Shown here piece after piece: positions 40,330 to 54,830 of a stretch of 64,000 nucleotides of DNA. How positions within the stretch are numbered: the stretch's first letter is position 1; the number at the start of each line of letters is the position of its first letter. This stretch comes from Octopus vulgaris (Eukaryota), in the NCBI GenBank assembly GCA_951406725.2, contig OX597822.1, forward strand, positions 17,484,001 to 17,548,000. The letters are read 5' to 3'. Below the pieces are notes generated by a model, which saw only the letters and a program-made list of their open reading frames with translations, had not been told where the DNA came from and did not search any database. The position numbers and the translations under genes were made by a program.

Positions 40330-40646
40330 TTGTGGGTGCTGGTACCATGTAAAAAGCACTTGTGACAGTGTCATGTAAAAACCAACTGTACCTGTATCAC
40401 AAAAAGGGCTGCTATACCAGTGCTATGTAACAAGCATCCGTGCCAGTACCACATAGAAAGCACCTGTACTGGTGCCACATAAAAAGCACCCAGTATGCTC
40501 TGTAAAGTGGTTAGCATCAGAAAGGGCATCGAGCCACAGAAACCATGCCAAAATAGATAACTGGAGCCTGGTACAGCTCTCCAGTTCGTAAGCTCCTATC
40601 AATATGTCAGTATGGAAAATGGATGTTAAATAATGATGATGATGAT
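40330..40646 (+). mobile_element. RTE-type 3' tail with tandem CAYRTAAAAAGCAC subrepeats and (ATG)n end
   Basis: About five copies of the motif, then GTGGTTAGCATCAGAAAGGGCATC and GTATGGAAAATGGATGTTAAATAATGATGATG. Confidence 0.75.
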
Positions 40647-41189
40647 ATGCTTGATTCAGCTCATGAAGGCAGTGCTCCGACATGGCCACAATTTACTGAC
40701 TGATTGCAATAAAAGAATTTATTTTTCTAGGTTTCCCAATAATAAGTTTTAAAAAATAAACTGTTGCTAATTTTATTTCTCACAAAACATCTTGAAGTAA
40801 CAGCTGGTGTCCATAACAAACTTAAAAGGAATTTTCAAGCTGGATTGAAATTTTTACTCTCCACTATTATCTAATTAGATTAATTATATTTCCTTTCTTA
40901 ACAAGTAAAATCAAGTGATAACACACTGATGAAATAAATTATTTCAAAACTGATATTATAGCTACTACTAAAGAAGTACATTTTTACATTTTCAGCTATT
41001 TTATTTTTCAATCCAGTTTCAATATAGACTATTTAGAGGGGCTGAGATGTGTAAAATCTAAATGATTTAGCACATAACAAATATTAAAGAGGATTTCTAG
41101 TTTAAGATCAGCAATAATATAATCTAAGTCAAAATAAGATATAAATACAAAATGTAAAAGATGAGTGTTATCAAAAAAAAAAAAAAAGA

Positions 41190-41600
41190 TGAGGTAGCAA
41201 TAGGCCTATAATGGATTTTTTTTTTTTACTTTATTTCTGGAACACACAAAGACATCCAAGACAACATCTACAGAAAGCCCGTTCAACTGAGTGGCATAAA
41301 ACTACTAATATACACCCTCCAGCCTCTTACCCATGGGCTTGCTCTCTCTCCTCCATCTATTTTACAGCAACTATAATGGCCTCTGCCCCTTAGTGTTTGC
41401 TGGTTTTGTGCTCCCTCCTTTTATGAACTCTCAACCCATTCATCTCTCCTCTTCTTCTTTGTTGTGCTCAATCTTAGAAGCCTGACACTAACCAGTACTT
41501 TCAAGTCCTTCTTCTCCAGAACATTAACTTCCTGGAATCTCCTCTCTGCAGGTGCTAACTTACAAAAATCTAAGTCATTAATAACATCAGTCTCACTTTT
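41190..41600 (+). mobile_element. Highly decayed CR1-like (Zenon-type) LINE 3' end
   Basis: Remnants RPIMD.., LQPLTH.., YNGLCP and SFFSRTLTSWNLL follow the order of the CR1-group C-terminal pattern RP.MEY...LQPL..RR...Y.G.C...SFF.RT...WN.LP. Confidence 0.5.
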
Positions 41601-42498
41601 AGAAGGCCATGGGTACAGTCCCTTCCTCCAAATTCCTTTAGTAATATATATATATAAATATATATATTTTTAAATGTTTAACACAGCTTTCACTGTCATT
41701 ATAGAAAAAGTAAAGCACTAGGATGATCATATGTTCCTACTTCTCATTGTTTTTCATAGTTAGCAATATGCTACATATTAAAGCTCTACTCTTAAGTAAA
41801 AACTATCTCTTAATCAGAACAATTTAAAATAATTTCATTCAAATTACTTTTCTCTATATCAAAGCAACACAATCAGAATGAATGCAATGCCTTCATAACA
41901 TAGTAACTTTGGTGAAGGAATTATTTTCATTTACAAGAAAACATGCTTACATAGCACCAGAAGTTTTATTATAATTGGTTTTTGCTCTATGCATTTAGAC
42001 AACTGAAAAAAAATTTTGACTAGTGTTTTACTTTATCAACTTTGAATTATGTAAAGTAAAATTATAAAACAAGAAGATTTGAGCTCAAAAAAAAAAAAAA
42101 CATGGTATGAAATATATTGTATTCCATCAAGTTCTCCAATCTACTGTTTGCACAAACTGCAGTATGCTATAACATGAAAACAATAACCACAGAACTAAAC
42201 TATAATAAATAATTCTTAAGATTCCAAAATAATTATCAAAGGAACATTGATCCAGTATCAGCTTGGATGACCAAATCAAATCAATGCCCATACAATAGAA
42301 AAAGAAAAATATACTGAACAAAATGAAAGAAGCCTCTAAACTTGGAATCTATTGCTGACCTAAATCAGAAAATAGTTTACAAACTTAACTCATCAAAAAA
42401 TAAAAAGAAAAAAATATTCTTTTCTTTATATCCATCCATCAAAGCAAGAATTTTTTCTTAAGTGACAAAATCGTATGTTGGTATATTTTTCTTTATTT

Positions 42499-42531
<33 letters not shown>

Positions 42532-42833
42532 TGTGTGTGTGTGTGAGAGAGAGAGATAGTGTGTGTGAGAGAGAGAGAGTGAGTGAGTTATATACAAAAG
42601 TTGGTTGCATTTTTTCCAGCCTTTTTTTTCAAAGACGGTGGTCCAAGAAGGCACTGTCAACTTTTCATGACATAAACAACGTCAGCTTTGAAAGTATGAC
42701 TGATGCTGCTAATATGATTAATGCAACAGAGAAAAAAAAACAAAACGAAATAAAACGCACAATGAGTTTAAATATGTATACTCATGGATGTTTACACAAA
42801 ACTACACACATACACGTGGATGTGTGCATGCAA

Positions 42834-42877
<44 letters not shown>

Positions 42878-43549
42878 ATGCATGTATATTTACATACACA
42901 TCCACGAGAAATAAAAAATATATTCTAAATTCAATAGGTAAAATGCAGAAATAAGAGAACAAAATGTATATAACGAATTTAATTAAGTAAAAGCCAATAA
43001 ATATGATACTTATTGAGACTAAATAAAAATCTTGCTCAACTTCAAAAATAGAAAGAAGATAACATTTATTATTTTGATAGTTGCATTCCACAATCAGATT
43101 CTTTTTATTTATTAATTTACTTTTTTGGTGAAAACTGTATTTTTATTTTATCAGCAATATTCAGTATTTAGTGAGCCAAATTTACCACCAACATTTTTTA
43201 AAAAAGAGGACATATTAGAGAATATAGTGAAGATACTGAATAGGGTGATAATGCACCAAATTCAGCCAATGCAACAACAACAACAACAACAACAAAAATT
43301 ATTGAAAAATATTTCTATATTGAATGATTAACAATCTTTGCAGAAAGAATTATATATAGTTGACTCTCAAAAGATTTGGCTACTTAGGTAGAAAAATATT
43401 TGACTTTCAAGTCCTTTTTCACCCTTATAGTAAAACTTGCATTATTCTACAAATTTGTTATTTTCTACTTTTGTCTTTTAACTTTTTACAGCTTTAAAAT
43501 GATATTTCAACTGTTGTAGTCAGTTGACTATTCTCAAATGATACAAATT

Positions 43550-43752
43550 TTAACCCTCTAACATTCATATTACTTGGTCAAATAAAATGCTTATTTATTC
43601 ACATTGCTGTAGCATTAAGATTTTAATGATATAATTGTTTATTTTTACAATGACATTGTAAGGTAGGTGTGAGAGGCTAGATCAGGTCAGTTCAAACATA
43701 AAACTGGCAGAATTTGAGCCAGATAAAGCTGGTTTAAATGCTAAAGAGTCAA
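43550..43752 (+). mobile_element. ~200-bp TTAA-bounded MITE-like element
   Basis: Termini TTAACCCTCTAACATT and AATGCTAAAGAGTCAA match as inverted repeats at 12/16 positions. A second copy lies at 9474-9890. Confidence 0.6.
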
Positions 43753-44159
43753 ACAAGTATGACCTGTTTTGACTGCCAAACTGAGGCAAGTAAACTTACA
43801 TGCCTATATCAGAGCCACAACAAAATGGCTGTTAAAAGGACAGCACTCATGTCTAGGAGATTAATAATGAAACATTGCAACTCCACAGCAATTGCGGCTC
43901 CATATGTATACATATAAATAATTCTCTATTTATATATTTACATGAATATCAGTTAATGAATATTATATTTTCAAATGGCTTTTAGCAAAATATGATCTTA
44001 CATGGCATATTTACAAGTACTTGAAACATAGTTCATAGCACAATCGTAATTTCATATCAAAATAAACAAATTTCAAAGAGATCTAAATTAGTATAACTCC
44101 ATCATATAGCTAAGGATTTTAAAAGGAACACATCATTTTTCATAGTTGGCAAAATGATT

Positions 44160-44259
44160 NNNNNNNNNNNNNNNNNNNNNNNNNNNNNNNNNNNNNNNNN
44201 NNNNNNNNNNNNNNNNNNNNNNNNNNNNNNNNNNNNNNNNNNNNNNNNNNNNNNNNNNN
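44160..44259. other. Assembly gap (100 N)
   Basis: Run of N. Confidence 1.
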
Positions 44260-46610
44260 ACAACTTCATTTATATCTGGAATTGTATCAACAGACTTGCA
44301 AGTGTGTATAGTGCCGGGAAGAGAATGCATTAGCTGTTGATTAATTTTGTTAACAGCGACGTTTTTTGGAGCTAATATTGCTCTTTCACACAGCCAATTG
44401 TGATTTTGGTAGTTTTGTGTCAAGTTGGGAAAGACTTTGTTTTTGAGGTCATCTACAGAATTAACAACAGAGGAAAATGACCACACTTCTATTTGTCCTG
44501 CAGCATCGAGAGGCATCTTGCCTTCACCAAGTGTCAAAATGTCCTGTGCAAACTTTGTGGACATTTTATCGCCATGTAGCTGAGCTCTCATGTTAGTGGT
44601 GAGACTAAAGATTGTAACATGATGCCACAGGGTAGAGGACTTTAGGCATGCTTGGACTTCATCTGCTCTAGTGCCTTTCGGAATGACAGGAAGAGTTTGC
44701 CTGAAATCACCTGACAACAGAAGCGTTACACCTCCCATTGGAGCCTGACAGTCTCGAATGTCTTTCAGGGCTCTATCTAATGCTTCCAAAGCTCCCTTGT
44801 GAGCCATAGTGCACTCATCCCAGACAATTAGAAGATACATTTTAAGTACTTGTCCCTGATCTGAGCTTTTGTTGATGTTGCATGAAGGCATTTCGGATGC
44901 TGCTAAATTGAGAGGGAGTTTAAAAGTCGAGTGTACTGTCCTGCCACCAGGTAACAAAGTAGCTGCAATGCCAGAGGAGGCTACAGCTACTGCAATGTCC
45001 TGATGCTGCCTAACTTCTGCAAGGAGAAGCTTTGTAATAAATGTTTTTCCTGTCCCTCCAGGAGCATCGAGGAAGAAGATTTGTCCCTCGCGTTGGCGTA
45101 CACTGTTAAGAATAGTTCTGTAGGCCTGCAGCTGGTCCGGAAGTAATTTAGGCTCATTTTCAACAATGCACTTTGAAAGCGCTTGAGTGTCGTAGGTAGT
45201 TTCATGAATGACAGCAGTGGGAAGGCTATTTGACCCTGACCTGAATGCTTGTGGCAGGCCATACGTCAACAATTCATTTCCACCCAGTTTAGCAATTCTG
45301 TCTTCAATGTCAATGAGTATTTTGTTATAGATTTCATTGCTGATACCCTCCATGTCAGGATAGAGCAGTTGAGCTTGGCGCTGAAAGTCTTCAGCCAGGT
45401 TGTCTCTATATTTGAGCCATAGAGTGGCCGGATCACACAGTTCGCATGCGTGTAGTAATACTGCAAATAGTGCCCTGAGACTTTTAGGTGATTGTGATAA
45501 AGCAGCCTCTCCTAAAGTTGCATCCCATTGTGCACCATCTTCTAACAGACCTTGTCAATAGCAGGCTTCTCTGTATGTTGTGCAGACATGTCCATGAACA
45601 GTTTTTAGGGCCTGGAAAGATGTTGGCCCTCTGACCTCATGCAGTAGTAGATGAAGGTAGAAGCACTCTTGTTAAGTGGGATGCACTGTGTATACTCGTG
45701 CAAGGCAAGTGTGAAACTTAATGCCAGGGTATCCATGAACATTTTGATCTGCTTTCCGTGGGGCCCATTTTTTTCCATTCCAAGTGTAGTACGATGGAAT
45801 CTGTGGATGTGGATACAGCAAGTGTGCTATCCCTTGGTTCCTCTGCCAACAGAGAAGCATTAGCATCGGTGAAGTACACTCTTTGACCATTTTCCAGGTG
45901 CACTGCAAGCTGTTGAATGGCGGGGTGTCGTTGGTGAATTGGAAAGCCAAAGATGCGCCAGAAAGCCTCGTTGCTACTTATGTACCATCCCACCTGATAA
46001 TGCATCACCTCATCCTGGCAGTATTCTTGTTGAAGTCCAAACATTGCAGCGTCAGAACCCTTGTTTACATATTTGCAAACGTACTTGATGGATTTAACAG
46101 AGTTGCAAAACTCAATGTTGATGTGGGCATTGAAAGTCTTTGACAGGAGTGGGCAGTATGGAACAATCATTCTATTATCAATAGCGTGCTGTCCGATAGT
46201 TACTGTGAAACCTCTGTCTTCTGGTTTTCTGCGTCTGTATGATGGACACCCATCAGCACCTGTCTGAGTTTCTTGTAGGAACCTCCTTGGAAATCTTTTT
46301 GAACATATGCTGTCCTTCAAGCAAGGTGTGTTTATGTTGAATCCACGCCCACATGGACCATGTACCATGTTTGCTTTAACTATTTCCTATAGTTCTTTGC
46401 CTAAAGCTGGATCAGGAAGCTCTGCAGAGATTATCTTAACGAAGTCATTGGAATTGATCTTCGCTGAGAGCCAAAGCAGGATATGAGCATGTGGAAGGCC
46501 CCTTTTTTGCCACTCGATTGTGTACATGTCACATTGTATGGGCCCAAAGACTTGCCCTTTTTGTATGAGCTCCATGAGAGAGATTAACTTCAGATGGAAA
46601 ACTCAGGCGT
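44260..46610 (-). pseudogene. Helitron RepHel (HUH endonuclease + PIF1/SF1 helicase), disrupted
   Basis: Rep motifs IEWQKRGLPHAHILLW, MVHGPCG and IKYVCKYVNKG; linker FYLHLLL..VRGPTSF..EACY*QGLL; helicase motifs FFLDAPGGTGKTF, VASSGIAATLLPGGRTVHS, IVWDECTM, SGDFRQTLPV and RAILAPKN. The helicase frame is open from 45353 to the gap; the Rep part has stops and frameshifts. Confidence 0.95.
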
Positions 46611-47133
46611 TGAGATTCCGGTTCGAATGTAAGGCTGGTTTGAAAGTGTTCCCAACAGTTATTAGTTGTTGTAGTAGAGTGTTTATGCTGAATATGTACG
46701 TATGCAAGTATATATATATGTAGTATGCCTGTATATATGTACAAAATCCACTGTATATATGTACAAAATCCACTGTAGCATATAAGACCATATCGGATCT
46801 TCTAGCAAAAAGGATGATCACTATTAATGGTTCATCCCTGTTATATAATACTTTCACTTTATTAGTTTCAGTATTAAAATGAAAGTGTCTGCATTACAAA
46901 AGAGAGATGTTTTTGTTTTACTTTTAACACGTAATACTGAAATAGTGGAGAAGATATGATATTGCTGTGGGGTCGCCCTAGGGAAAAAGTTAAGATTTTT
47001 TTTACCGATGACACTCCCCGGACCTTAAGTCAGGCATGTGTAAAATTTGAATGAAATTGGTTGTGTAGTTCTCAAGTTTTAGGGAAACACACAGACAGAC
47101 AGACACACATTCTCAGTTTTATATATATAGAGA
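44260..47133 (-). mobile_element. Helitron derived from an autonomous element (internally deleted; 3' end lost in the gap)
   Basis: 5' A|TCTCTATATATATAAAA at 47133 followed by a (TGTC)n tract; Rep and PIF1-helicase coding remnants lie downstream. Confidence 0.92.
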
Positions 47134-47198
47134 TAATAATAATAATAATAATAATAATGATAATAATAATAATGATAATAATAATGATAATAATAATG

Positions 47199-47252
<54 letters not shown>
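47134..47252. repeat. (TAA/TGA)n trinucleotide microsatellite abutting the Helitron 5' end
   Basis: Seen directly. Confidence 0.95.
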
Positions 47253-50200
47253 GTTTGGAGAGGAGTACATCCACAAAATTTATTTTGTAGTCATATACAG
47301 CATATTATAATGGCCTACACATATTTACTCTCTACTATTATTGCTATTAATATACACTCCAGACAATTTTTACTGTCCAGTGAAGATAACATAGAATTAC
47401 CTATTGGAAGAATCCAAGGAGTAACTAACAACTACATGTAGTCACAGACATTAGATATTGACTGTTGTGGTTAGCTGATAACTGGAAACTAATACAGTAT
47501 CCGCATGGATAATATATCCCTCCAAACTCAATTGTGTGTGTGTGTGTGTGTACACACAGTATGCAGATATTTTCAACCAAGATGTTACAACCATATCTGA
47601 TTGTTCAATTGCTTCAATTCTGTATAAGTACACACACACACACACATATACTAAATTGCTGACATTTATCAATGGTTTCTCCTACTGTGATGTGCCATTT
47701 TCTACCATTAAGAAAACTGTTGGAAATTTTGATGACACGTGTATGCCAGTATGTCAATAAATATTTAATAGTCTATACAGCTATTCATATAATTATTGAT
47801 TTTATTTAATACATTTTCTTCGTTTTTTTTTTTCAAATCTTGAACTTATCAACTTTTGAAATGAGTCTCAGTCACATATTCAATTACAATTTCATACAAC
47901 TTAGTGCAGTACATTATTTGAACTATCAGTTGAATACCTTTATCACTGAAAATAAATTTTGTAATTGCTTAATTAATACAAGCTAAATTTTAATAAGTTT
48001 CATTATTTATAACAGGAAAATCTTGAGATCTCTGGTTGTTATTGGGATGCTGAAGGTTTAATAATAACTGTGAGTGCAACAAAAGAGCAAAATATCAAAA
48101 TATTTTTTTTTTAATCTTTAATATTAAAATATGAACACTTTGTATGTTTATTCTTATTCTTTACATGCATGCAAATTTTTAAGACTTAATGAAAAATTTT
48201 TTAAAAAACCCACTTAAATCAAATAACTCATAAATAAGGATATAATGCTAAATCAGTAACACAAAATTAAGAATTATTTATTTATTTAATCAATTCAAAT
48301 GTCTGCTGGTAAGACTAAGGAAGGTACATAGTAACTTTATGCAAAAGAATAAACTACAAAACATAAAAACTAAGAAAAAGAGAACAAAGGGAGAAAGATG
48401 ATGAGTTAGATATTTCTGTTGTTATATCTTTTTGTAATCTCCATGAATTAGAGAACCTATTTATGCTGGTAGATATTTTAAAATAAATTACCCTTCCAGC
48501 CTTGGTTTTTATGAATATACATACTATATCAATGTGTAATTTATATATGTGAAACAAGAAAATGGTTTAATTCCATTATTATCTTTTGACAAATGGAGAA
48601 AGAAATTCAAATATATTTAACCTTTGTTTAGCATCATGAAGTATTAAATATGACTTATGACCACTACAAGGATACCTTTTAATAATTCATGGCATGTTAC
48701 TGCTTCACTGTTCAAACTAATGGATAAGCTGGAAATAGCTTTGAAAAAGTTGAACACAATCAATCACTTAATAATAAATGGATGATTAATAATAAGCATA
48801 ATGCTTAAAATAGCTCAGCCACAAGCAAAGTTTAGCCTATGAACTATAACTCTTGCAATGACAAGTTGAAAATAGAGAGATAATATTTGGTAGCAATACA
48901 ACAAAGTAGAAGCCCAAGTTAATTCAGAATCTCAATCAGAGTGAGCTAAAAAATGTTATGATACATTTTTGCTTTCATTTTCTACCTCCACCACTGTTTC
49001 AACATCCACTTTTCTGTTAGCATGGGTCAGATGATAACCTTACTGAAACATTTTCTGCAGCTGGATACTCTTCCTGTCACCAAACCCCACCTGTTTCATT
49101 TAAACCAACAAAGAACAAATATCCCAGACATGCTTATACAGAGGACTGTAAACAAATAACACTTTTTGTATGAACATTGACTTTCTATGCACAATCACAG
49201 CACACAAGTCAAGACATGGGGAAAACATACTCATTCACACACACTGGGATTTTAGAAGTTTCTATCAACTAAATTTCACTCACAAAGCATTGGTAAAAAC
49301 CCACAGCAATAGTAGATGATCAGTTGACAGTGTCTATGCAGTGAGAATGAACTATCAACCATGTGATTCTGAATCAAACTTCTTAAACACATGGTCATGC
49401 TGCAACTTTTAAGTCATGACAAGTTGTATTCAACATTCACACCAGTTCAAACATAACTAAACCAACACAAACAATCAGTTGTAAACATACCAAGCACATG
49501 GATTTGACTAGGGCAGGGAAGCAGGGGTGCTACTTAGAAAAAATAACAAAAAGAAAAAAAAAGAAAAGATTATCAACTTGGATACTCTGAGTGTCTGTTT
49601 AAAGACAGAAATCAAGTTAACCAGTAGGAACTATACAAAGAGGAAAAGTAATTTGTTTTATCAATTTGAATTGGGACAAGGTGTGCGTGTGCACGTGCAC
49701 ATGCACACAAGTCAGCATTACAAGTCTTTATCCCAAACAAAAAAGTTATCTTAACCAATCTAGAAGCAGAGATCAATAAACAAAGTACCGGGCAAAGTAC
49801 TGAGGTTGATACAATCAACTAAAACCCTTGAAGGCAGAGGTCCCAGCAGAGCCACAGTCCAAAGACTGAAACCGGTAAAAGAATACATAAATAAAATAAT
49901 ATATCACAGAATATATAAAATAAGAACATTGATTAGAGTAAATTTTGAATCATAAAAGAAACAGAAACTTTTTGAAATAAATGTTAACTGGTTATCTGAA
50001 AGGTCCTAAATTGTAAAATTTTCACTAAAGACTAGCTGGTAGCTTTTATCTCTTAACTAGAAAATTATTTGCTCATATTTAGAATTTTACTGCTAGCTAT
50101 AGCCTTCTTCTAATGGAGCATAATGGATGAATACATATTTCAAAGTTAAAATAAGAATAGCACATGTAATTACATATGTAGGATTTGAAATGTTGTATGA

Positions 50201-53200
50201 ACAGCAAGAGAAGGAAAAGAGAAAAACCAGGAAAAATTAAACCGAGAGAAAACTGAAGAAATATAAGAGACTAAGAAAGCAAGGAGGATAAGTTGAAAGA
50301 AATAGAAAAGAAAGCGAATGATGCAATCATGTAATAACTCTAATATGAGTTTTGATATTTCCATTATAAACCTCAACCATATATATAAACCGAAGCTGTT
50401 AAAATATGAATGGGATAAAATGAGATAAAATCTATATAAGAAACATGGGAACAACAGCTTTATATAATGCATTCTGAGGAAGGGACAAGACCCTTGGCTT
50501 TTAACAGACACAAGTAAAGCTATGCTAAGAGTTTGTTTACTGTGCATTTTCTTTACTCTAGTAGTAAAGAAAATATACAAAAATTTTGAACCACAAAAGC
50601 AACCAGAAAAATTCTTGGAATATGAAATAGTAATCTGTGTAAAAAAAAAACAACAAAGACTGATTAAAAACATTACTCTAAAATTTACATGTAAAATAAA
50701 GTTATTACAGAGTATTTAAAAAAAAAAGGAATTTAAAAAAAAAAAGAAGCTTGAGAAGAATACGGTTAGATTATAAGAGACTAAATAATGGTAGAAAATG
50801 AGTTAATGGAATGGAATGGAATTTTTTTTAATTGTAATATCAGAAAGATATTTCATAAATACACAGTCAATTGATTTTTCAAAAATTGTATCCCAATTTT
50901 CTTATAGATTATTCAAGTTTTGAAGCAAGCTAAAATAAAGTTAAGTTTGTACAAAGATTTTGGTGAACTTTTCATAGATTTTTCATAGATTCTTTCACAA
51001 ATTTAATTAAAATGCCATCTGAGACAAAAGACACAGCTCAAATTATTTGTTAACTCCTATAATTTAACATTTTAGAAAGCTGAATTCTTTATGTTATTTA
51101 GTCTTGTTTTGTAATCTTCAACTACATTCACAAACATCTTTTAAAAAACATAAAGCTGTAGGAAGTTGAAGATCAAAACATTTGATTAGAAAGGTCCTAT
51201 TGTATATTGCTAAAGTAAAATATTGTGTTTCTAGATAATTGAATATATAAAATAAAGACTGTAAACAATGCATATAAAACTGTTGATCTATTTAAAGAGT
51301 ATTAAAATGAATATTAAATTTTGTACTGACAGTAATTCTAATAAGAAAATGTAAAAGTTTATTGTCTTGAATATAAATAAAGCAATAGCTATTCTTTAAC
51401 AATATAATTTCTTCTGAAAACAGCTTCAACAAACACAAAATATACAATTCTCCATTCCAACATTTAAATGTCATACTAAAGTCAAAACCTGCATGAATTT
51501 AAAACTAATTCAATGAGCTACTCACCCCCCCCACACACACACACATACCACCACCACCACCACCACCATACTCATTAAAAGATGATGAATAAAACACCAT
51601 AATTCAATCAATATTTATTACAAAATTTTATGAGTAACTTAGCTTTGAAGTAAACCAATAGCACTCTATTTAAAACTGTTGGTCTGGCATGGATGATATC
51701 AAAAATTCAACTTTTCTTTTGTTGCTGAACAAATGAGTAAACTATCCTAGAATTTCTAATTACAGCATCTTTTTGGAATGCCATTTATTTCTGTTAATAA
51801 GTATTCAATTGCTAGAAATAACAGCTGTAACAATTATAATACTTTATTGAATATGTGATTAGTCAGGGACTGCAAAGAATACACTAATTCATCACAAAGT
51901 GGTCTCTAGAGATAAGCAAGTTCAATGTAAATAAAAGCTTTATGAGGTTTGTCCATTGCTATATGGAGTGCTTATGTGTAGCTAATAATCAATAACAAGT
52001 AATTTTATATCAAGTATCAAATACTTCCTAATTGTTTGATAAAAATTGAAATTTAGATGATGAAATGAAGACAAGCCATTAAGTAAACATTTAAATGAAG
52101 TCAACAAATAAATAAAATATCAATAAGTAAACAAACATGAAAAACAAGACAATTTTATATTCATTTTTGCATCATTAGAAAGATTTTTTTCTTTTCATTT
52201 GTTTCGACTTCAATGAGCTTCATTTACTTTTCTAGTGAAATCAGTAAGAACAATATTTAAAGAATATAAAGATATACAAAAATTAAATGTACTCATTCAC
52301 AAGATTTTATTTACATAATAATTAATGATTTCTTACCATGACACAAAGCCAAGAATTCAATGGGAAAGGGAACAGCTAATCATATCAGTCCTGATGCTTG
52401 ACTAGTACTTATTTTATGAACCTTGGATAGATGAGAGGAAAAGTCCACCTTGTTGGGATATAAATTCCTGAACAGAAAGTACTAATACTACATAAGGCAT
52501 TTGACTACTGCTCCAACAATTTTACAAATCCACTGTCCTAATTTACATAATAATTAATAGAAGGGAAGAGCACAAAATACAAAATTTGTTTAGATTTTAA
52601 GAAATCTCTGCACAGAGACAGTACTGTTTTTATTAGCCATTTCTTTACATAAAAAATTCCTTTGAAGCCTATCTTACCTGGCCATTCAGTCAATCTGTTT
52701 AACACACATATTTTTACAATGTTACTGTTTCTATAAACCTTTCTTAGCAATCTTCAATGCTTATATGTATATCTTTATGCAATAACCCCTGCTGAAATAC
52801 ATTTCTGAAACACTCATTCCACAGAAAATACACTCTTTCACCATATCCTTGATAAAGAAACTTAGGTTGTGCTCATGTTGTTCAATAACGCTTCCCCCAT
52901 ATTTTTCTATCTGCTTTATTCTTATTCGTCTTTCTTATTAAATGAATTCTATAAAGCAGATACACAAGCTCTTTACAACTTAGTGAAAGCAATTCAACTA
53001 CGAGAGAGAATCTTCCAGAATAAAATTGATATAGATAGCACAGAGCAGCAGTATCTCTATAAGTGATATCAAAATAAAACTTATTCTGTCCCCGTTTTCA
53101 CAGCAATTGATAATAAAAGATACTACAAGTATTATGAGATTCACCCACATACAAAATACTGCCAAGAGCATTAAGGGGGAAAACAGGCATTGTAAATATT

Positions 53201-54174
53201 GTGCATGTTAGTAACAAGTGTAGGCAATCCTAACCATCATCAAATAGTTTCACTATCAATTATCATTTCATCAAATTGGTTATTGATCCATTGATATTTA
53301 AATAGATACAATGAGATATTGAGCAAAACAAGTAGTAGAAATACTGATACAGTTGAAGTGTGTTATATGTAGGAAATACAATGGAAATAGTCTTTCAGTT
53401 AAATAGATCACAGAGAAAGAGCATAACTTGAGTAAAAATCAATCCTTGTAATAAAATATCAGCCTAGTGCTTAAAAGCAGAGGATTTTTAAAACTACATC
53501 TGGTAAGATACAGGTCTACAACAGGTAAAATTCCCTGGATATGTGTTGCTTATTATTGATGATAGGTTGAACTGAGACATGTCTTATCATTCTGTTACCA
53601 AGTACAGAAAGAATATGTTTCAGTAGATTTTTTATATGAATCTGCAGAGCGTTTAGTCTGATTACTTTATCTTCGATGTTTTATTTTAACATGAATAAAT
53701 TGCCTTAGTAGGATTTGATCCTTGCAGCTAAATGCTATTTACACACACCACACTGGTATCAGGCCATAATAATATTTCAAAAGAGTAAAGAAAGTTATCC
53801 GCATCAACACAGATACATGGTCACCAACACTCAGACATGTTCTTTCATCTGAATTTAATCCATACAAATATATCCAGTGTCAATTAGTTCAAAAAGACCA
53901 GCTATGTGGAGCTGTCAAGCCTTTATAGTAATACCAATATGATATGAAAACATTCAAAATCTAAAGATACTAAAGAGTTTTACATATCTCACATTTAGTA
54001 TAGGAATATTAATAAATAGTTAGGCACTGTATGGACAAATGTTTCACTTAATAATAAGGTGCTGCGTACTGTCTTGTGCAAACGTGATAACTCCTATAGC
54101 TCAGCTTGACCCATAACATTTGAGTACGACCAGGTAGATGGAAACTGAATAGAAACTCATTATTTGGATTAACC

Positions 54175-54814
54175 TGTAACTGAAAAGGTAACTATGTCAC
54201 ACACCTGTAGCAAGACAGGAAAGACCTATTCTGTTGCTGTGGCATAGTCCAGTTGGGCTGTGGACGATTCCAGCCAATCAGAGCTGGTGGGTATATGAAT
54301 AAAATTGCAGTGATCTGCCTTAGCTGAAGAAACTCACTACAGCAGTGAAGCAGCAGTTTCAAACCAGTTGCAGATTTGAAGACATAGAAGCAACATCGCT
54401 TTCTTTGACAGGTCACATTTGCTGTGTCCACCAGAAAACTCATTTGATTAATATAAAATGTTGTGTCCACACACAACTCATTTGATTAATATCAGCTTCC
54501 ACTTATATAGTAAGTCATGCAATTTCCCTGTCTCGCATACACATATATTTGGTTCCCATTCATATGCAAGATTAATCTTTGTTACCACTTGCTAGCACTC
54601 ATTACACTACTGAATAAATTTCAATGGTTTTGTTTTATAAATTTGCCTTCTAAATATTCTTTATTCATGCCTCTTTAAGAAATCACTGAAAATGGATTCT
54701 TTCCATGAACTGTCTTTAAAAAAATGCTAACTACACACATTATGTTACAACACAAACGCATTACATACTAGGAGACATTCCTTCAAACTTCCATTACTGA
54801 CTCACTCTGTTACA
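54175..54814 (+). mobile_element. Putative 5' LTR of a Ty3/Gypsy-like retrotransposon
   Basis: Termini TGTAACTGA ... TCTGTTACA form an 8/9 inverted match. Inside are the CCAAT box CAGCCAATCAGAG (~54271), a TATA-like TATATGAATA and AATAAA. T+TGGTGACCCC follows immediately. Confidence 0.7.
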
Positions 54815-54815
54815 T

Positions 54816-54830
54816 TGGTGACCCCCATGT
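54816..54830 (+). other. Primer-binding site, tRNA-Trp type
   Basis: TGGTGACCCCCATGT versus the tRNA-Trp PBS TGGTGACCCCGACGT: 13/15 match, first 10 identical; it lies 1 nt after the LTR-terminal CA. Confidence 0.7.

Noticed and set aside
40330-40500. Regularly spaced TAAAAAGCAC subrepeats with variable spacers
   Set aside because: Part of a retroelement 3'UTR seen in several copies; the repeats are short and degenerate and there are no cas-like genes.
44133-44259. C-terminal end of the 406-aa ORF in the supplied track
   Set aside because: It reads through the N gap; the sequence left of the gap shows no helicase similarity.
50170-50673. 167-aa minus-strand ORF
   Set aside because: F/L/I/S-rich translation of T-rich low-complexity DNA with no domain motifs.
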